Positions 21,396 through 21,422 of a DNA stretch of 21,422 nucleotides are shown piece by piece; within the stretch, counting starts at the first letter, position 1, and each line of letters begins with the position of its first letter. Origin of the DNA: Trichinella spiralis (lineage: Eukaryota); the NCBI RefSeq assembly GCF_000181795.1, contig NW_003526941.1:10717782-10739203 (forward strand), read 5' to 3'. The position numbers and the translations under genes were made by a program. Below the pieces are notes generated by a model. It was not told the DNA's origin and ran no database searches. It was given only the letters and a program-made list of their open reading frames with translations.

Positions 21396-21422
21396 CTGAA
21401 ATCATCTTGTCAGTATTTTAAA

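Noticed and set aside
1..21422. CRISPR arrays, tRNA/rRNA genes, transposase or reverse transcriptase genes, prokaryotic defence systems
   Set aside because: None seen; the window is intron-rich eukaryotic DNA.

Overview
AT-rich eukaryotic genomic DNA with short GT-AG introns, TTTCAG/TTTTAG acceptors just upstream of start codons, and densely packed genes. This pattern suggests a nematode, most likely a Trichinella-like clade I species (inference). Spliced gene models were reconstructed by hand. Intact genes: eIF2-alpha (+, 7 exons), PNO1/Dim2 (-), an orphan ORF (+), a SETD9-like SET protein lacking the catalytic motifs (+), a CD39-type two-TM NTPDase (-, 11 exons), a small ubiquitin-like protein (-), HAP40/F8A (-) and MED22 (-). 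Two loci look damaged: a heavily decayed, intron-containing GCC88/GCC1 GRIP-golgin pseudogene directly upstream of PNO1, and the 3' part of LIPT1, where one exon is closed in all three frames. Main leads: the GCC88 pseudogene, possibly kept as the upstream leader of an essential gene; a distal in-phase alternative first exon of the NTPDase; the probable pseudo-enzyme SETD9; and an operon-like MED22-HAP40 junction. No prokaryote-type system, CRISPR array, tRNA, rRNA or autonomous mobile element was found.
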